Positions 58,642-64,000 of a DNA stretch of 64,000 bases are shown in pieces. The notes beneath the pieces were generated by a model. The model did not search any database, was not told the DNA's origin, and saw nothing but the letters and a program-made list of their open reading frames with translations. The stretch comes from a virus: positions 46,372 through 110,371 of IMG/VR virus record IMGVR_UViG_3300014838_000014. One strand, written 5' to 3'. Position numbers and translations under genes: made by a program. Within the stretch, counting starts at the first letter, position 1; the number at the start of each line of letters is the position of its first letter.

Positions 58642-61145
58642 TTCAATGTAGCACCACGAAGTTATAATTCGATCGAAACCAGAACAATCCATCGTGAAAT
58701 AATGCATTAAAATATACATAATTATCATAAAAGTCAACATTATCACATATTATCTCAACGATGAAACATATTTCACTTTCGACCCAGTCACGGATCGTTC
58801 CGTTGTTCATACGTTCGAGTTCAATAGAAACTTTTTCCACGTTAAAAGGACCAATCCACTCATCAATCTGTGAGTTATATTCACCGTATGTAGGAAACAC
58901 GATCAATTGTCCGGGTGAATATTTATTCATTTGATTTGCTGATCAGAAATGACATTGAAACCATCGTACGTCTGAAACCAGAAGACTCCATCTGCAAACA
59001 AAGCACGAATGACGAAGTAATCATAACGTTCAAATTCATTCGATTCGATGATAACACACGCCTCATTACAACACCATTCACGGCAATATGCTCTAAGACT
59101 AGAATGGCTTAAATAAGTTCTTCTATGAAGAAACAGCGAACTGCAGAAATGAAGCGATCTTTTTGGAAACACGACCAAGTGTCCTGGTTTGGGTTTGATT
59201 ATCATCTGTGTCTGTTCATCGTTGAACGAGTGTACAATCGAAACCAGAAAACGCCGTCCGTGAACAAAGCTCTGACGTAAAAACACTCAGTGAAAGCATC
59301 CACGTGCAATTCGATAATAATACATATCTCGTTAAAACGCCACATGCGCTCGTACTTTTTAAACCTACGCGATCCATCACCTATATCATCACAGCGCCCG
59401 TACAGGCGTTTAAATATTTTTCCACCAACAGAATGTTCATTATTAAATGAGCTCGGAAAGATGATTAATTGACCGACGAATATTGCGTCATCACTGTTTG
59501 TCTTCATTGTTCACGATATGAAAAAGTTGAACGACGTGCGAAACCAAAAGATTCCATCTACGAACAAAGCTCTGACGTCAAAATCATTGTACGCTGCGTA
59601 TCTGTTTAAAACAGATTCAATCACAACGCACGCCTCATTCGGTTTCCAATTACGAACATATTCATGTAAGAACGATGAATTATTATTTGAATTCAAACGT
59701 CTGTCTTGACACAGTCCAGAGGCAAAGTCGGAAGTCGCTCCAGTCATTAATTTTGGAAATACGATCAGTTGTCCAACATAAATTTCCTCGTTCATGTTTC
59801 TAATTTGCCGTAAACAACTCTACTTCAATGAAACGAAACGTTGCACTGCTCATCGTCAACAAACGCAGCTGAATTTACTACCCGTACGAAACCAGAACGT
59901 ACCATCTACGAACAGCGCTCGAACGTCGAATCTATTTTGATAGAACTTATCTTCCTTCGATAAATCAACCTTATATGCTTCAATAACGATGCACGCTTCG
60001 CTCGATGTCCAATTCCGTACGAACGCGTTTGCAAACATCTTCCACGAAGGGTCGGCGAATTCGCTTCTTTTACGGTTGAATAAATACGTTGCAAAGTTAA
60101 GGTCATCGAATCTATTGCGCGACGGAAACGTGACCAGTCGTCCGCTCATAGAGCGTTCTTGTAACTCTTTCATCAAGACCTTCGTTGCTTCGTTGTTCAT
60201 CCTAGAGACCCTTTTAATGAGTTAAAATTGAACCAGAAAACGCCATCGGTGAACAAAGCTCTAACGTTGATCCACATTGATAAACAAGTAGAAGGACAGA
60301 TTTCACGAACTTCAATGACAACGCACGATTCACCCCATTTCCACATACGTGCAAACGTTGCCAATAACCCGATGCCATCGAAAGAATGGTATAGATTTCC
60401 ATGGAAGTTGAAGTTGTTTACACCGATCAATGACGTCGGAAAGACGATGAGCTCGCCAACGAATGGACGTTTGCTGATACCATCGTTTGACACGATCATC
60501 TAACCGTTGATGAGCTAGAACGTTGGAATTGATTTCTGAACGTCTGGAACCAGAACGCTCCGTCGTGAAAGAGACACCTGACGAGCCGATTGCTAGCCTC
60601 AGTGAATTTCATGGACAATGGATTGATGGCATCATGCGCTTCAAGAACGATGCACGGTTCATCGAATTGCCAATCTCGAACGAAACCAAGCAATGGAAAC
60701 AACCCGGAAATACTTCGATCAAAAAATAAAAATAGACTAGAAAGATAGATCTCATTGCGTGCAGAAGGAAACACGAACAGCTCGCCCGGTAACAGAGACT
60801 GTTTATTATCTGATTTCATTGGAATGACAAATCATACTTCAATGGCTGACGACATTACACCGCGGGTTTATCATTATCAATTATATGATAGAACCAGAAC
60901 ACTCCGTCGACGAACAGGGCTTTGGTGATGATGGAGTTAGACAACACTGCATTCGTTTTCTTCGTTTCAATGATCAAGCATACCTCGCCGACATTCCATT
61001 TCCTGATGCTTGAATCCAAATATGGATATTCTTTAGAAGAAGAACTGCTGATCTTCGACAAGGCCAAGTACCGTTGTCGACCGTATAGAACATCGTTGAA
61101 TCCGGACACGATTTCACAAGATTGAAACACGTACAGGTCTCCCGG

Positions 61146-61592
61146 TTCAATGCAAAGAAGCTTCTTCGATCGGTTCATGTGCTTCTTAGGAAGACGTACC
61201 AGTCTCCGATGAAGTATGTCCAGCGTTTGACTCGTCCGCGAGGTGCATTGTACTCGACGAGTGACGATTCTTAAATTTAATCATTTGTGTTCTACGATTT
61301 CATTGACAATCATAATAAAACACAAACACCGCGGAATCACGTGCGAAAAAAGCCTTGACAATGAAAACACCAACTTCATCATTCAACGCTGAATTTATGA
61401 TAAAACACACTTCATCATATTCCCACCTTCTTATTTTAACATCGTTTTTATCGTTGTACAAGAAACTGCTGATTCCGCCGCCATAAACACCATGCGACGG
61501 AAACACGAAGACATCGCCCGGTGCAGGTTGCAACGATTCAGTGCAAAGAAGCCTCTTCGGTCGTTTCATGTGCTTCTTAGGAAGACGTACCA
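61146..61592. repeat. About 56-bp direct repeat (61146-61201 and 61537-61592) covering the starts of two family-C paralogs
   Basis: TTCA(A/G)TGCAAAGAAGC(T/C)TCTTCG(A/G)TCG(G/T)TTCATGTGCTTCTTAGGAAGACGTACCA. Confidence 0.85.
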
Positions 61593-61605
61593 GGTCTTGG
61601 TTCAA

Positions 61606-61912
61606 TGATTTTCACGCGTGCGCTCGAACCATTGAATCTGACCCTGATCGTCAAGAACGGCCGTTATGAATCCCCAGCCTTCTTTTGGACCCACAGCTAT
61701 GGATCCAACCAATCCATTGAGCAGTCCAAGAAATCCCACGTTCTTACCGATGAAACCTGAATGGTGGGGTGATTGTAAGTGGCTTCAGAAACAGGAACTT
61801 TGACCTGAAACAAGGCACTTATGTCTTTACAAATACCTGGATCAGAAATCAACTCATTCAAACGAGATACGAGTAGATCTGTCGAGTCTTCGTTTGTTAT
61901 TTGGTCATTCAT
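61606..61912 (-). pseudogene. Frameshifted phage gene (HPTIQV / VGFLGLLNGLVG halves)
   Basis: HPTIQV frame derails; the -1 frame gives GKNVGFLGLLNGLVG..GWGFITAV..FERT. Confidence 0.45.
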
Positions 61913-62791
61913 GATTCCGTTGTCTTTCTTGGTTTCTCGATCGTGTAACTGATCTGATTCAGATCTTGGGTCTCTTTGAAACGCTTCCCATTGGTCCCCT
62001 AGTTTTGCCACAGATGAATGAAATAGTAAAACATAAACACGGCGTTGTCCGTGAACAGAGCATCAACTTTTAAACGATCAAGGACATCATCCTTAGAAAC
62101 GTTCAGAACGAAGCACATCTCTCCTTCGATCCACCGTCGGCCGTAGCATGGCACGCCGTGATTGTTCAACCACAGCCACGATCCATAATAATACCCGTCA
62201 GTTGAAAACACGAACAGGTCGCCCGGCTCGATGATCTCACGATGTGCGGAGACAAAATCGTTTTTCGATGAAGTGGCAGCGTCCGCGCCGATCACGAGCT
62301 CGTCCTCCACTTTCTCTCCGCACAAACGTCAACGTGATGAGTCGGACAGTGGTAGAACCAGAACGTTCCGTCGACGAACAGGCCCCTGACGATGTTGTAG
62401 AAATTATTCAACGTTCTATTTTCATACGTCTCCAGAACGAGACACGATTCGTTTGGTTTCCATTTCCTGACAACATCATCCAAAAAATGTAACGTGTGTG
62501 GTGGATGGCTGAAGACATTCCTTTGAGCGTACAGCTCGTCGCTGAATAACATCGGTGCACGCTTTACATATGTGATCAGTTGACCCAACTTGGGCAACGA
62601 TGTAGACGATGATTTCATCGGCGTCGATGGCACTCAGTCGTCCTTCTTGCGTACGGTGGCTCCACAACGCGTGCAGACGTCCTTTACGTACACTCTGTAG
62701 TAGAACATCCTACGCGTGTCCTCGATGATCGAAAGCGGCACTTCGTCGTACCGAGCTCTGAAGCTGTGTCCGAAGCGGCTCGTGCACTTGT

Positions 62792-62986
62792 TTACCATGG
62801 TGATGAAACTCGAGTCTCTGTTTTGCGTGTTGATGGTGGAGACCGGTAGATTATGATCGAACGTTCGATCCTAGAATCGAAAGGTCGTCGCCACATCGTC
62901 AAACCTCCCAGGTCCGTCAGATAGACACACAAACTCAGCGCCACGATGACGCCGGTGAACCACGAGACCTTATCGATTGTTGTCAT
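62792..62986 (-). CDS. Small membrane protein
   Basis: One TM; SD GGAG. Confidence 0.5.
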   Translation of the reverse strand: MTTIDKVSWFTGVIVALSLCVYLTDLGGLTMWRRPFDSRIERSIIIYRSPPSTRKTETRVSSPW

Positions 62987-63557
62987 TTCTCTTCTCCGTC
63001 ATTCGTCATCATCGTGCGTGGCATAACCCTACTATCGAACTGGCTATGTTTGTGGCCTTCGTGGAAATCCACACGTGCGTGGAACAACCCATCCGGTGTC
63101 AGCCACATGTACAATTTGTCTGTGATCGAAATCAAAATTGCTGGGTGAACACCAATTGGAACCAAACGTTGCATCGGCGTAAACCAAAGTTTGACATCCT
63201 CATTAACGGGTTGAGAATTATTTCTGTACACCCATTTAATGAGGTCACCGGGTTTCATCGATGTTCTTCTTTCATTCATTTGCATCACCACTGCAATCCA
63301 TGAGCACATGCTGAGCCACCTTGTCATCGCCGGCAACCAACACAGGTCGCTGAAGGAACGACGTTTGGTGGGAGATCCAGCAACAACCGGATTCGGTGAT
63401 CATGATGTGGGTCCTGGTACGGCTGGAATGGGTCATGGTGGGCATCTGATCCCATGGTCGGATTTGCTTCGAAGAAGAAACATACGCCGACATCGATCGA
63501 TCTCTACGTTCCTTGAGACGCCGGTGAACCACGAGACCTTATCGATTGTTGTCATTT
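62948..63557. repeat. Exact 41-bp direct repeat (62948-62988 and 63517-63557) bracketing MKPGDL copy 10
   Basis: GACGCCGGTGAACCACGAGACCTTATCGATTGTTGTCATTT at both positions. Confidence 0.9.
62983..63258 (-). CDS. MKPGDLIEW-family protein, copy 10, with one degenerate repeat-spacer-repeat
   Basis: MKPGDLIKW..GLFHARVD..RVMPR; repeats 63062-63089 and 63001-63028, 61 nt apart. Confidence 0.75.
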   Translation of the reverse strand: MKPGDLIKWVYRNNSQPVNEDVKLWFTPMQRLVPIGVHPAILISITDKLYMWLTPDGLFHARVDFHEGHKHSQFDSRVMPRTMMTNDGEEK

Positions 63558-63928
63558 TCTTTGCTCATCGTGATGATGTATTTGTGTGATGGGATCAGCG
63601 GCGAATTTCGCGTGGTGGTGATCGAGGGCCTTTCCGGTATGATACGGTTAATGGGCCGAGAGGGCAATAAGGGCAAAAAGGGGGCAACTCGACGTGAAGG
63701 AGAGGTAGGGGTTTTTAAAAGAGGCATAATTTTTTAATGTTTCTTTCGCGAATTCATTTTTCCATTTTTATCTACTCGACGAGCACGTCCGCCTCTTTTT
63801 ATTATGATGCCACAGTGTATCCATATTTTTATTGTTACACAGTGATTGCACGTATCCACGGAATTACTATGTTGGTGTAACGCTGCGTTTGCGCGCAGTC
63901 TGAACGCATGGCCCGCCTATCTACGCCG

Positions 63929-64000
63929 ATCTTACAAGATCTTACGAGTGATCCGCAAAGAGATCAGGATCCTTTGACCCAGTCCCTCCAGTCCCTCCAG
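63929..64000. repeat. GATC-rich short repeats followed by a tandem CCAGTCCCT repeat running off the window
   Basis: GATCTTACAAGATCTTACGAGTGATCC..GATCAGGATCC then CCAGTCCCTCCAGTCCCTCCAG. Confidence 0.5.

Larger units (their letters stand above)
58643..62633 (-). other. Tandem array of 11 paralogs (family C, 'ALF.DG.FWF')
   Basis: ORFs 58643-58930, 58927-59205, 59202-59507, 59511-59795, 59856-60200, 60197-60499, 60496-60819, 60855-61178, 61300-61605, 61999-62325, 62292-62633 share G.L.VFP...R.W...E.C..IE...VRALF.DG.FWF. Confidence 0.8.

Noticed and set aside
61748-61759. CGATGAAACCTG matching the MKPG gene start
   Set aside because: Only 12 nt, with no following family sequence or repeat; probably chance.
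1-64000. cas genes, tRNA or rRNA genes
   Set aside because: No recognisable Cas motifs or cloverleaf/T-loop signatures by eye; divergent ones could be missed without HMM or tRNAscan searches.

Overview
This window is a gene-dense segment of a large (jumbo-type) tailed phage genome; no rRNA, tRNA or cas genes were recognised. It carries a DnaE-type polymerase fractured into two genes around a GIY-YIG/NUMOD1 homing endonuclease, with intein-like stubs that lack splicing residues. A cytosine-hypermodification set is present: a T4 gp42-like dCMP hydroxymethylase, two glycosyltransferases, UDP-glucuronate decarboxylase, an NDP-sugar epimerase, dNMP kinase and dCMP deaminase, plus an MBD4-like glycosylase. 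There are also proteostasis genes (GroEL, a J-domain protein, two HslV-like proteins, an AAA ATPase, a C1 peptidase), IF-1, lysis candidates, many late genes sharing an N-terminal leader peptide, and three expanded families of small paralogs. The most striking feature is ten copies of a small 'MKPGDLIEW' gene (16.2-17.3 kb, 57.2-58.6 kb, 63.0-63.3 kb), each ending in a CRISPR-like mini-array. The array has a 28-nt hairpin repeat GGTTGTTCCACGCGCGCGTGGATGACAC and unique, mostly 33-nt, GC-rich spacers (61-nt period). Repeat 1 encodes GLFHARVDDT, the spacer encodes a hypervariable C-terminal peptide, repeat 2 is read as VVPR and often supplies the stop (VVPRARG*), and the degenerate last repeat often supplies the next gene's Shine-Dalgarno. 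All functional calls are from motif recognition by eye, without database searches.
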